Of a stretch of 64,000 nt of DNA, positions 38,242-51,410 are shown in pieces. The notes under the pieces are model-generated. The model was given only the letters and a program-made list of their open reading frames with translations, made no database searches and was not told where the DNA came from. The translations under genes and the position numbers were made by a program. Positions within the stretch are counted from its first letter, which is position 1. Every line of letters starts with the position of its first letter. Origin of the DNA: Fistulifera solaris (Eukaryota). The stretch is taken from the NCBI GenBank assembly GCA_030295235.1, contig AP026164.1:1798001-1862000 (forward strand), in the 5' to 3' direction.

Positions 38242-38545
38242 ATGGCAACGTTGCTTGTCTACTAGGTCGGGAACGCGATTGAATACCAAAAATAAGCTAG
38301 GGAGCGCCTTTCGGACCTCGATGGGAAGATAGAGGTTTAAAAAGAGTGTCTATGCATTATCCGAGAATCGAGCTCGGAGCTCGACGATGGCAAACGTCGC
38401 TTGTCTACTAAGCTAAACAAACGATTGCATACCAAAATAAGACTAGGGATCCTATCTAGGACCTTGATGGCAAGATAGAAATCGAAAAGAGAAATCATTG
38501 CACCGTCCGAGAATCGAACTCGGAGCTCGACGATGGCAACGTCGA
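38242..38545. repeat. Degenerate ~145-bp tandem repeat (~2 copies)
   Basis: ATGGCAA(A)CGT(T/C)GCTTGTCTACTA...ACCAAAA(A)TAAG at 38242 and 38387; CCGAGAATCGA.CTCGGAGCTCGACGATGGCAA repeated, with a third start at 38533. Confidence 0.8.
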
Positions 38546-39015
38546 ATTTTGCCATTAAACCAACGGTGCAGATGACGCCCAAAGGAGAAATTTGAGTTCT
38601 TGATATGATTGTGATTTTGACGGTGGTTTTGGTGTGTTTGAATTCAACGGCAGCCACGAGAAATGGATGGTTGAAATTGAATAACTCTTAACCTTATAGA
38701 GGTTAAGAAGTGAGAAGTTGTATACACTTTAGACATATATCTTAATAACGGACGGACACAAGCAAAGATACCGTCTATCGGACAGACGGGGATCGCATTG
38801 CGCTTAGCTTATACCAGGTATCTTAGCGCTTCGCGCATTCGCATGAAAACTGGACTTTCACGTTTCGCGGCGTGATGGTTGACACCTCGTTTCTTGGACG
38901 CGTCACCTCGAACCGATGTCAATCGTCGGCCGATCTCCAGAAGCGAAAGAATAATTGCCACCGTTCACAAACCCTCCAAAAAAACACGTTGTAGCAATTA
39001 TTTCAGCACAAGTTC

Positions 39016-40967
39016 ATGTCTCGTGTTTTATTCAACATGAGGATTGTTCATTCGACTGCAAGTAGCCCCGCTCCGGTTGCGGATAACACCAAGGATTTGG
39101 CCACTCCCAAAAGTCCCCCGTGGGCTTCGCGGGTTGTCGGTGGCCTCGGGCGTTGCTCGGTCATCGGGCGATATGTCGGACCTTCAGCAAGATGTTGCCG
39201 CAATTGAGCAGTGGTGGCAGGATTCTCGATGGAAACACACGAAGCGTACTTACTCGGGTGAGTTTATTATCGAATCGTTAAACATTATGTTGTCAATCCT
39301 GTGTTTTGGTCTCACTTCTTGTCGTTCCTGCCGTTGCAGCCATGGATGTTGCGTGCCTTCGTCCCTCTCAACAAGCTCGTGGTGGTTCATTGGAGGCTCC
39401 GGGTACCTCCTTTTCATCGCAACAGTCCATGAAGCTTTGGGATCTCTTGACAAAGTTGCATGAGGTTGGAGGTTACTCTCACACCTTCGGAGCGCTCGAC
39501 CCTGTTCAGGTAACGCAGATGGCCCCTCACTTGTCGTCGATTTATGTCTCCGGCTGGCAATGCAGTTCCACGGCTAGTACAACAAATGAACCAGGGCCCG
39601 ACTTTGCGGACTATCCCAGCAACACTGTACCCAACAAAGTGGATCAGCTCGTCAAGGCTCAACTTCACCACGACCGTCGTCAGCAACAAGAGCGCTCTCA
39701 GGCACTTCTTGCCGGACAGGATCCAGGAACGAAACTGGACTACCTAAAACCCATTGTTGCCGATGGAGATACCGGTCACGGTGGTCTTAGCGCCGTCATG
39801 AAACTGACGAAACTCATGATCGAGGCGGGGGCAGCCGGTATGCACTTGGAGGACCAAAAACCCGGAACCAAAAGTGTGGACACATGGGTGGAAAAGTGCT
39901 TGTTTCAACTCAAGAGCATATTGATCGCTTGGTGGCCGCCCGCTTGGCTGCGGACATAATGGGTGCTAATTTGATCCTCGTGGCCCGCACTGACGCCGAG
40001 GCGGCAACTTTGTTGGATAGCAACATTGACGGTCGTGACCATCCCTTCATTTTGGGTGTGACGGATCCTTCCTTACCTTCTTTGCAAGAAGTGCTTGCGA
40101 GTGCGCCGCCGGAACAAGCTGCTCAAGCGAGTGCGGAATGGAAGGCCAAGGCAAACTTGATGACTTTCTCGGAGGCGGTGTTGTCCGAGATTGAGCGTTC
40201 GGCAATACCCGCTTATCGAAAACGACAAATGAAAGATCAGTGGATGTCCGCTGATCCTGATACATTGAGTAATGCTACGGCACGTCGTATCGCAGATCAA
40301 ATCTTAGGACGCAAGAATGCAGTAAGTACCTTTCGGTTGTACTTTGTTGACAAGGTCAATTTGAATCGCCGGCATTTGTACTGAATATTTTCGCTTCTTA
40401 ATACAGGTCTATTTCGACTGGGAAAAGTGTCGCGTGCGTGAGGGTTACTACCAGTTAAAGGCTGGAATCGATTATTGCGTTCAGCGCGCTAGAGCCTACT
40501 CGCCCTACGCCGATCTCATCTGGATGGAGACGGCAATTCCTGCCGTGAGCGATGCCGCGAAATTCAGTCATGGTGTCCGATCGGCTTGTCCACACCAAAT
40601 GTTGGCTTACAACTTGAGTCCATCTTTCAATTGGGATGCATCAGGTATGAGTGACGCAGAAATCAGTCGCTTCAATGACGATTTAGGCCGTCTTGGATAC
40701 GTTTGGCAATTTATCACTCTCGCCGGTTTCCACAGTAACGGCTTGATCATTACTGAACTTGCTAGAGCATACGCCGACCGTGGAATGATCGCATACTGTG
40801 AACTTATTCAACGACAGGAGCGAAAGAAGCAGATTGAACTTTTGAAGCATCAAAAGTGGTCTGGGGCTGAATTGATTGACCAGCAAGTGATTGTGGCATC
40901 TGGAGGTGTCTCCTCTACTGCTGCAATGGGATCAGGAGTCACCGAATCGCAGTTTGGGACGCATTAA
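39016..40967 (+). CDS. ICL: Isocitrate lyase with N-terminal Arg-rich presequence; introns ~39258-39339 and 40322-40406; frameshifts near 39040 and 39872
   Basis: [57 protein letters not shown](K)[32 protein letters not shown]. Confidence 0.97.
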
Positions 40968-41258
40968 GTTGAAAACAAAATTTCTCAATTGGAAGCTTTC
41001 TCTTAATCATACTTTAGGACACTACATTTTTTCGATGATAATGGCGCTTCTCAAAGGAATCTCTGGTAGACAACTACAAATTACACTTTATTCCATTCAA
41101 TAGTTCTAAGAAGCACAACAATATTTATAAATTCGTGTTTCTATAATGTTAATCAATTTGAACAATCACTACTCGAGTGGTGTTTGGCAGCGGTATCGAA
41201 TCAATGCCGCGCTTTTTCTAAATTCTAACAAGAGTTTCATGCGCTGTTCCTGAACTAG

Positions 41259-43077
41259 CTAGTCGGTAATTCGGCATTTCTTGGACGGAGAAGCAAGATC
41301 GGGTGAACTCGGTGCTTCAGCAGAATCTTTGCTGCTATTCTCACAATTCTCCTTGGACCCAATATCAATAGCGTTGTCTTCTTTCGAATCATTGCTCTTT
41401 GCACTGGGGGTCAAGTCAAGTTTTGGGTGAACAAAAGTCGGAAGTTCGCTACTCGTTATGTGCTTCAAGCTAAGGTCCATCCCAGAAACGCGATTGCTCC
41501 ACGAGTTGACGTTATGAAGAAAAGCAGAGGGTGCAAAACGCATATCAATTGTATCCACTTCATCTGCAAAACGAAGGGCAATGAAAAAAAGAGATTCGTG
41601 GATTGCATTTTCGTCTTTCGTCTTTCCCTGTCCTAAACAGTTGCCGTCGCTATCGTAGCTGCGGTCGAAGAAGCGGGCAAACGGCCATGCGTGAACTTGC
41701 TCAGTCTCGAGATCTGTGATCAGCACGCGAAGGCGCGATTCCACGAGGCGGAACCACTCGACAAAATCCTGCCTGCTGGTGGCGCGAATAGTTACTTGAA
41801 CAAAATGTTCGTGTCGACTAAAGAAATCAGAAGGCTTGAACAAGGCCGCAAAATCATTCTTGTGCTTTCGCAAATGGTTGCATGCAAGGATCATCTCGTT
41901 CTGAATGCTGCGTAACTGTGGAAAGCCCACATTGTATGACGAATTCATGCTAGGATAAGCAGGAGTAATGATAGGCATTATATGAAGCCCATCACGAGGG
42001 TTCACATCGGGGTTCCATGCTGGCAGCTCAACAACACCTTCTGGGGGTGCTTGTTGAATTGGCTGGAGTATTACAGGGTTCGCCCATTTCCAAGAAGCAA
42101 ATACTCGGAAGAAAATCTCCAAAAGATTCGATGTGCTAGCACGAGGATGGTTTTTGCATACCCATGCGACGAGAATTGCCCAGTTAATACCACCAAGAAA
42201 GCCTATGAATGATTATACCAGCAACGTGAGCGTTAGACAGAGATATCCTCTCATTTTACGAGATACACAAGCGAAGGAACATACCTAGCACGTTCGAATA
42301 AATCCCACTTTGATGCGCCCATTCTTTGACTGCTTTGAGCACAGTCGTAAAAGCTTTGTAGTCAGGGACCATTTCTTGAAGCATCTGACAAACACGAGCT
42401 CCATTCATCGACCGAACTCCAGCTTCGTCAAGACCCACAAGATCACGGTCATCGATAATGTATTCGACTCGCGGCGTCGAAGAGACTAATTGAGTCGTCA
42501 CCAAGGGACTCACACGTTGTCGTTGAAAGGCTAAAAGCTTCGAAGGATTATCAACCCTCGCAAATAGCATATCAATCTGAAATCCTTTCAACAAAAACTT
42601 AATCACCGGTGTATAAGCAGTTGGGATCGGATGCACTTGATCAATAAGGGGGTCGCTTTTCAGCATGTCCACAAGGGACGTAAAAAAGTCCTTACGTGTG
42701 CAAGAAGGAGGAGCGATCGCAAGAACATCAAGATCAGACGTCTTTCGATGTACCCCGAGGCGAAAAGAACCGATACTGACAAGTGTCACGCGAGGTGTCT
42801 GCCATGGATTTTCGGGAAACGAATGAGCACTGCTGTTGATAGTTCGCGCGGCCATCGCCCATCGAGCGAGAATCTTTTCAAGATAGTCTAACGCTGATCG
42901 TCTACTGTTGTAATCACTTCCCTTGTATGTCTCAATTTTCGCAACAGCCTCTTCTAGCACTCCGGGTTTATCACTCGCCCCGACCTTTTGTCTTCGCCGT
43001 GTCTGTTTGTGTTGCTTGTTTGCCGCAAAGGGCGTACTCGATGAGAGAGATGTCATGGCTTTCGATCGCAAGGTCAC
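41259..43077 (-). CDS. PAP: Canonical poly(A) polymerase; intron near 42205-42284
   Basis: GSFRLGVH...SDLDVL, AYTPVIKF, IDMLFAR, RSMNGARV, GIYSNVLG|FLGGINWAILV, MPIITPAYPSMNSSYNV, LVESRLR. Confidence 0.93.
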
Positions 43078-43925
43078 CTGTGTCTGTATTCTTTGTAGGT
43101 TATTGTTTATAACGTGAAGAATCGAGTGCTAATCGATTTTTTGGGATTGCTGAAATAGATTGCTCCTTTCTGGACAGCTCCACACTTCATCGAAACAATC
43201 CGATGCGTCGTCCCTGCGTCGTCGTCGCGATGCGATGCGATGCGTGCAGCGTGCAGTCTTGCGTCTTGCATCCCTCCTGCAACCAAAATTTCCGGTACAT
43301 TTTCTACGTGCGAAAGACAACGAAACACTCGGAGTCTCGATGGAATTCATGTTTGAAAGTGTTCCCAATTCCCGAACTCGCCGAAAATTCCCGTGTTTTC
43401 TTTCTATACGGTATCGTAGAAGGTATTCCCATTGACTATAAATTTTACAGTCTCTTAATCCATAATAAGTGTTTTCCTATTTATTGTAGTTTTTGAGTAT
43501 GATGGTTCATTCGATATAAAAAGTCATAATAAAGTCACAACGTTATAAGAAGAAAATGGAAAGAGTGCCGATAAGACATAAGCGGAGTCGTCGTCCACCT
43601 TCTTCGTCACACGTCACACAGTCACACAGCTCTTCCCTTACATCATTGTATTCATCCTTTGAACTATTAAATATTAAAGAAACAGTGGTGTCAGCTGTCC
43701 GCAATCCGCGATGGATCTTTCGGTCATCAGGAATAATTGGACTATAGCAGTAAAATGTACAGTCTAGAAAAGGTCATGGTCATCTCGTTTGGCAGAACAA
43801 GCGGTCTTTTTCGATCCACCATAAAGCGGACCCAAAGCAACGATTATCTCACTGACATTCAACAGGAAGTCATCTCGCAGATCTCATTGAAAAGCTATTC
43901 GTCGTACTTCATAGAATAAACGACC

Positions 43926-44198
43926 ATGGAGGCCCCACGAAAATCGAAGAAGAAGGGAATGAGCAAGTCTGGTGTTCGCACCAAGTTCTTAATCGAATCT
44001 CTCCGGAATGAGTATTACGAATTGCGCAAGGAGAACGAGAAACTCCGCGCTATGGTCTCTGACAACCTTCCTGGAAGTGTTTCCCGCGAGATTTTGGCCG
44101 ATTGTTTTGATAACAAGGCTACCAAGGCTGCGGTCACTAATATTGATGAGTTGGCGGGAGGCATGAATCTCGACGATGATGAGGATGAAGAGGCTTAA
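43926..44198 (+). CDS. Small (90 aa) bZIP-zipper-like protein
   Basis: SKSGVRTKFLIESLRNEYYELRKENEKLRAMV resembles the stramenopile bZIP pattern SRxRKKFLLESL..L..EN..L; acidic tail. Confidence 0.7.
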   Translation: MEAPRKSKKKGMSKSGVRTKFLIESLRNEYYELRKENEKLRAMVSDNLPGSVSREILADCFDNKATKAAVTNIDELAGGMNLDDDEDEEA

Positions 44199-45320
44199 GT
44201 GTTGCCTATGAAGCTACTGATGAGGTGCATTGCAGCTCGCAAAACACTATTGACAAGGGCAGCGCTGTGAGGTTATACTTTGCGACGAGGTTTGTAGTAA
44301 GGGAAACAATTATTAATGCATTTTACAACTATTTTGTTTTGTCGATAAGTTCCTACTTTCTTATATCAATCGATAGATCGCCACCAGAAATCCATTATCG
44401 ACGTTAAATCTTAGACGAGATCAGCATCCTATTTATTGCCATTGGGAGTTGAAAATGCGTAGGACAAACAAGGACCGATACGCCTGGCCTTCAAAATGGG
44501 ATTGGCGCCGTGCATTCATGCTCCTTCTTGATTCCGTCTTTTCACCTCTTGACGAGATCGCTGTCCCTCTGCATCCATCGATAAACGCTCGACTACTTAT
44601 TTAGAGTTGTTTTGGATAATTTTACCCACCATGGTGAAGTTGGGCACTTCCTAGGGTGTCGACGAGCTTGAACGCGGATCTATTGCGGATCCGCGAACCT
44701 TACCTGGTACCACAGGAATGGTTCTTGAAGAGACGGGCGACTGATTCACGGACCAGGCTACCTGGTACGACTGGTTCATTCGCGAGAGACGAATCACGCA
44801 CCTACGCTACCTGGTAGTTTCGCGTCCGCTCCGCTACCGGTACGGTACCGGTTGGTACCTGGTATTTTTTGACAGCGACACCTCGAGACAATTGTATTGT
44901 ATCTAATCATCGACATTTAAAGAAAACTTTCAGAAGTGTTGCCAGAGGTCAAGCCCTGATAACAATTAGTAGAAGTATCGAAGCACAGCAACTAAAAGTG
45001 GCACGAAAACATCATCATAAAGTTTAGACCTGACTCATTACTGCACGTCCTCCGCTTTTCGTGGACAGCAACTAGGCAGTTCCTTTGTTTCGTCGTGAAA
45101 ACTTCATTGGTCTAACCTTCTCCTTGTGTTTTCGGTAGCGGCTGGAACCGCTTGTCGAAGGTTGAGCATAGATCTTGCTTGGAGGGCAACTACTCATCGT
45201 TTCTTCTTTTTCTTGGAAATTCAAGTGGTGAAGCCAGTTCCAACCAAGATACGCTCATTTCTACCCAATAATACATCGGAATAGTTAGCTAAAACGAGAC
45301 CCATATTGTTTATTGCAAGA

Positions 45321-48300
45321 ATGCGTCAAACAACGGCAGCCATGTTCCTAAGTTCTTTGACGTTTTGCTTGTGTCTTGCGAGTTCTGACTCGTTCGCCTT
45401 CCACCGATCGGCTCAGAAAGCTTCGGCGAGACACGTGAGCTTCACTTCCCCGGAAACAGCGCAATCAACAGCTGTTAATGACGGTCCTTTGCGTAAGAAT
45501 GATTCTGGAAAGACGATCATATTGGCCAGTGAAGAGGAGTTCATCAAACCGGACCGTGATCGGTACAACTATCGCATGATCTTGTTACCCAACAATTTAC
45601 AAGTCTTGCTGGTATCGAACGGAATGAAGGAAGGCGACATTGGAGTCGAGGCAGCATCGGTCCATGTCCAAGCGGGGCACTTTGATGACAGTCTTCCGGG
45701 CCTCGCCCATTTCCATGAACATATGCTTTTTCTTGGTACTAAGCGCTATCCTGATGAGGATGAATATGAACGATTCCTCAACACGCATTCAGGCTTCAGT
45801 AATGCCTACACCGATATGGAAGATACCAACTATTACTTCTCGCTAACAACAGAAGCTGGACCTCCCGATGAGCCTTCAGAAGCGTTGACGGGTGCTCTGG
45901 ACCGATTCGCACAATTCTTTATTGCTCCACTCTTCTCTCCAGACGCTGTTGAAAGAGAACTGAAAGCCATTGATTCGGAATATTCCATGTCAAAAACAAG
46001 CGATTCCTGGAGAAATTTTCAATTGATGAAATCGGCTTGCAATCGTGATCATCGGTTCTCCAAGTTTGGGTGCGGCAATTATGAAACCCTGTCGGAGCGC
46101 GGATCCGATTATCTTTTGTCGGAATTGAAACGATTTTGGGACACTTATTATCAATCCTATAACTTGCGCCTTGCTGTTGCCGGTCATGCATCCTTAGATA
46201 CCTTGCAAAAGACAGTGGAAGATACCTTCGGGAACCTACCGCAATCGGAAGGGTTCCATAGATATGCAAGATCTTTGCCGGAGCAAATATTTTCAAGGGA
46301 GCATGGGAGTGGTGTTGTCGCATTTGGACCTGATCAACTCGGTTTAGTTCGAAAGGTCATTCCGTACGCGGAGACTCGTGTTATCAAATTGTACTTCGCT
46401 ACTCCACCCTTGGATGATCCAGCGGTGAAGAAATCTAGACCAGACCGTGTCTTGGCCCACATTCTCGGTCATGAATCACCTGGATCACTCTATCATTTGT
46501 TGAACGGAGAGGGCTTTATACAGTCTTTGTCAGCGGGGAGTGCTATCGATACTTCTGATTTTTCTCTTTTTGCCGTAACCGTGTCATTAACACCCAAGGG
46601 GATGAAGGAAAAGGAAAAAGTACTTGACTATGTATTTCAATGGATTGCGCTCTTCAAAAGAAGTCAAGAAAAGCTACCGTACTACCACAACGAGTTACGG
46701 CAGATTTCAGAAGTGAATTTCAAATTCAGAGAGAACGGTGATCCAACTGACTTTGTGTCATCAGCCGCAGAACTTCTATTTGATGACTACCTTGAACCAA
46801 AAATGCTCATCAAAGGCAGCTCCGCCGTCTCCGACTACGATCCCGACATTGCAAAAGCATTTTTCGACAGAATTTCTCCTACAAATTGCATGATTACAAT
46901 TACAAGCTCAGATTTTGACGGTTCGCAAGGCGAGTGGGAGACAGAAAAGTGGTACGGGGCGAAGTATCAAACAGAACGCATCGCCGACGCGTCAATTGCT
47001 TTATGGACCAACCCTACAATCGACGAGCGCCTCCATCTACCTGCGATGAATAAATACATTCCCGCAGATTTTTCCCTCAAATGTGACTCTGCCAAGGACA
47101 AGGACGATGTAGACCCTGCAGACACGGAAAGTATTCCTCCGGAACTTATCATCAATAAGCCGTATCTTAGGTTGTGGCACAAGATGGACCGTTTCTGGCG
47201 CGTTCCTAAAACTTACGTTCGATTTGCGTTGAACTCGCCCCATATTTACTCCTCTCCGCGAAGTATGACATTAAACCGCCTGTTTCAGAGAGTACTTAAC
47301 GACGACTTGAACAGCTTCGTGTATGATGCTTCCCTAGCTGGTTGTGGTTACAGAGTGTCTTGCGCCCCAAGAGGGTATCGAATATCTGTCAGTGGTTATT
47401 CAGAGAAGGTACCATTTCTCTTAGAGACTTTGACTAGCCGGATCATAAGTCTAATCGAAGAGATGAAAACCAGCAACGCCGTTCTCGAGCGGCGGTTCAA
47501 GAAAAGCAACAGAAAGCCTTTTGAGGGAAACGAAAAACTATCGTCTCGATACGCCTCATGAGGTTAACAACTACAACTCGCGTCTTTTGATTGAAGAGAG
47601 TGTATGGTATCTAGACGATTATTTGAACGAATTAGAAGGCGAGTGGGGAACGCGCGATCCGCTTACCATGGAGGAATGTGCTAAATCGGCAGAGCAGTGC
47701 TTTACTGGACGTCTACGTTGTGAGGCCTTGTGCATGGGGAATATTGATGAAGATGGTGCAAGAGCAGTCGCCAAAGTGGTGGAAGATCGCTTCCTCAATC
47801 GTGTGCGTCCTATGTCGGAAGCTGAAAATCCCGTCTTTCGCTCCTTTAAGCTGCCAACTAGAGATGAAGCTGTCAAAACTTTCGGCCCCGGAGTCTCGAA
47901 ACGTCACTTCCCGCTTGTTCACCAAAATCTCGCATTCAGCGCGACGGAAGAAAATCATGCCGTCGAGATAATTCTTCAAGTCGGTAGCGAATTTGATTTA
48001 GGATATGAGGGCATGGCAATGTTAGATCTGATGACACATATGTCATATCTTAGTGCCTTTAACCAGCTACGCACGAAGGAGCAGCTTGGGTATTATGTCA
48101 GTTCCTTTGCCCGGAAAACGGCGGGAGGATCCTGGTCGATGGTGGTTTTGGTTCAAAGCGCTGCATATTTACCCGAAAAGCTAGAAGAACGCTGCGAAGC
48201 TTGGTTGGTACAATTTCGAAAGGAACTAGAGGAAATGGACCCCAAAGACATAGTTCAAGAGGCTTCTTCTGTTGCCGCTCAACTATTAGAAGTTGAGACG

Positions 48301-48690
48301 AAACTGTCTCAGGAGGTCAGCCGAGTATGGGGTGAAATCTTGAACACGGAAGGCTTGGCCGATGCTTCGAGAACGCCCGCCTTTGATCGTCTTGAAAAGT
48401 TAGCTGACATACTCACAGTTGACGAGGACGAAGGCGAGTCGTACATGACTGGGGAAGAGTTGAAGCGTCGATTGCTGGATCTTTATGATCGCGCGATTTC
48501 AGCTAGTTCTCCGACCAGAAGAGCTCTTTCAGCTCGCGTATACGGCCACAAGGCTAAAGCCGAATACGACGCGTCTCTCAAACAACCAGGTGTTCTGTCT
48601 ACTTATTCGGACATGAGACACTTGAAGCAGCATCTGTCAACATGGCCTATTATTCCTTACTGGACCCGCAACGAAGTTTCCTCTGATTGA
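45321..48690 (+). CDS. M16A insulinase/pitrilysin-family zinc metallopeptidase, probably plastid-targeted; frameshift near 47505
   Basis: GLAHFHEHMLFLGT (HxxEH), SNAYTDMEDTNYYF, ALDRFAQFF.APLF, HILGHE.PGSL, FNQLRTKEQLGY. Signal peptide ending SDS-FAF. Confidence 0.92.
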
Positions 48691-48781
48691 TCACCAAAAT
48701 TTATGGCCAAAAAAGTACTTAAACTCCACTAAATGAACATGAAATGGGGTCAAATATAGTTACTATAGACTTTAAACATCC

Positions 48782-49776
48782 TTACAACTGGGTATCGGTC
48801 TGTTTGTTGTACTCCAAGACACGATCAATCAAACCGTATTCGAGAGCTTCCTGGGCGCTCATGAAGTTATCACGATCCAAATCCTTTATAATTTGATCCT
48901 GCGTTTGCCCGGTCATCATGCTGTACATTTTGACCAAGTTGTCGCGAATTCGCATAATTTGTCCTGCCTCGACTTTGATGTCTTCGGCCTGTCCTCGAGC
49001 CCCTCCCATAGGTTGATGAATCATGATGCGCGACGAAGGGAGAGCCAAGCGCTTGCCTTTGCTTCCAGCAGCCAAAATGAAAGATCCCATACTGGCTGCC
49101 AGACCCAGATTAATTGTGATCACTTCACTTTTGATGTGTTGCATGCAATCGTAGATGGCTAAACCAGCAATAACGGAACCGCCAGGAGAGTTGATGTAAA
49201 GGTAAATGGGTTTATCCGAGTCTTCCGAGTCTAAGTACAGCATGACACCAATCACCTGGTTTGCCAGTTCATCGTCAATCTCCGCACCTAAAAAGATGAT
49301 ACGTTCTCGGTATAGACGGTTGTAGATGTCGACCCTATTCGATCGTCAGGAAGAAAAGTTAGACGAATATCGAGTTGTTGAAGGCACAAGACGAGAAAGG
49401 ACTCTTACCAATCGGCACTTTGGCTTCCGGGGACGCGATAAGCGACTTTCGGTACACCAATTGGCATCATCTTGATATCATTTCTTCGCGAAGAGGATGC
49501 ACTACTTTTCCATAGGTATTCATGACGCTCTTGACCGGAGTTGAGACGACGCCGTAGTCTCGCGGCACAAACGAAGAAGCTGTAAAGGGGAAAATGGCAC
49601 AGGAGAAGTGAGAGATGTAGATTTTAATTACGACGTTCCTTTTTAAAATCGTGCACACATAATGATTTTCACGTGTGGCACACTTGATGCACACAGAACG
49701 TACCATAGGCATCAGCGTTCAAGATTTGCGAGCTCAAACACAGCAGGGCAGTCAAGGATGTTACGAAAGAAATCAT
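48782..49776 (-). CDS. clpP: ATP-dependent Clp protease proteolytic subunit, plastid-targeted; two introns; frameshift near 49508
   Basis: Signal peptide [14 protein letters not shown]..; [40 protein letters not shown] (Ser), MIHQP (His), RD (Asp). Confidence 0.95.
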
Positions 49777-50238
49777 AATGAGTGAAATATATCAAAAACG
49801 GAAGTACAACGAGGTAACCTTGAATGATAAAGAGTCGGGAGCTCGGTTAAAATGTCGTGCGGGGTCGACGAAAGGTCGAAGTTAAAACAGCGCTCGTCGC
49901 CCCGTGGAGGTGAAGTACCAAAACCAGTGATAAGGTTAAGAATGAATGACTTATGTCTTGTGTACAGTACAAAGATTTGTCTTATCATTACTAAATCTGT
50001 GCGTTTCAGGACAGTGGCGAGTAACGGTGCGCTATCGCTTTCATACCACCGCACACCGCACTCATTCTTTTTTGAAGAGCGCTTACGTCACTTTACAGCT
50101 ACAGACCAAGGAATTAACACGTTACAAAAAGTTCTCCCAGCTCTCCAGAGAAGACTAAGGGGCGTCCGATGATAGTTAGAGACTTCAATCATGAGTAGCT
50201 ACGTTAATCTGGTGCTTAAATCATAATTATCATATTCT

Positions 50239-51410
50239 TTAGCGAAGTGCTTCGGTCAAATAAGCTAAGAATGAAGTTGCAATACCCAATTCCGACGGAT
50301 CATTGGGCGGATTCTTCTGGCTCCATTGAGCAAATTGCCGACGTATTCGCTTTAATTCGGCAGTAGGAATCATTCGTCCGGGGGGCGCTTGCCAAGTTAT
50401 AGTCTGTGATTGGTCAATGGATGAGGGGACTTCTATTTTCATCACTTGTAGACTTTGTGCCGTTGCAATGGCGGAACATATCCGTTGAGTCAATGAGTCT
50501 AGATTCTGAAGGACGTTCGCATCTGTAGCTATTTGCTGTCGAGTCGACATGCCTTCTTCTAGTGGCTTGACGTATGACGAAAATTGATCCAGTATCTCGT
50601 CAATGCGCTCCTCCAAAGATTGTGGTCGATCAGGAACGCCTTGTGCTTTATTGCTATCAGAATTAGTAACAGTTATTGAAGCCGCAGCTGTATCGCCATC
50701 TTGTAATGACTGTTCTGTTTCTTTACTGGCCGAGGAACTGTTGGCACGACGAAAAGTGGATCGTTTTTTAAAGGTAGATGGCTTTATACTCTCTGTCTGT
50801 GGGGATGCTTTCGGAACGCCAGAATGAACATCGTCTGGTTTCGACAAAGCATCACTGAGATTGTGCATATTGTAAACGGATCTTTGCAACGCGTCGACAT
50901 CACTAGATGTAGCAGATACACTTTGTCGCATGTCGATTCGGTACAATGGCTGATCCCACCGATTTCGGGCGTCGGGGGCTCATAACGCATAATGAGCTCC
51001 TCCATCTGAGCTTCCGTATAGGCTGCTGCTTCGTTTCGCTCGCTGTTCCACTTGTGTATGGTTGCAGTATCGTTCAAAATCCAAATGATGCCATGTCGTT
51101 CATTGGCAGATTTGCTTATGCAATACAGTTCGTAACGAAATCCTTTGATGTAATTGAGTGAATCCAGAATGACCAAAGTTGAGCCATCGGAAGCAGCGAC
51201 TGTTCTATCAAAAGTCGATTTAAGAGCAGCGCGTGTTTTCTTCTCAACGTACGAGTCTTTGTAGCAGGCTGATTTCGTATGATCCGGACAAGCGCTTTCT
51301 TCGTTGATGAGCACGATGCGATCGAATTTTGAAGCAGCTCGATCGCGAAACAATTTGGCGACTGTTGTTTTCCCGGAACTCGGGTGACCCGTAAGGATCA
51401 AGCACGGCAT
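50239..51410 (-). CDS. KTI12: KTI12 (Elongator-associated P-loop protein); frameshift near 50975
   Basis: MPCLILTGHPSSGKTT, EKKTRAALKS, ILDSLNYIKGFRYELYC, RYEPP..RNRWD.PL, ELKRIRRQF. Confidence 0.92.

Noticed and set aside
39860..39890. Programmed ribosomal frameshift at the ICL active site
   Set aside because: Same homopolymer-indel pattern as in many unrelated genes here; sequencing error is more parsimonious.
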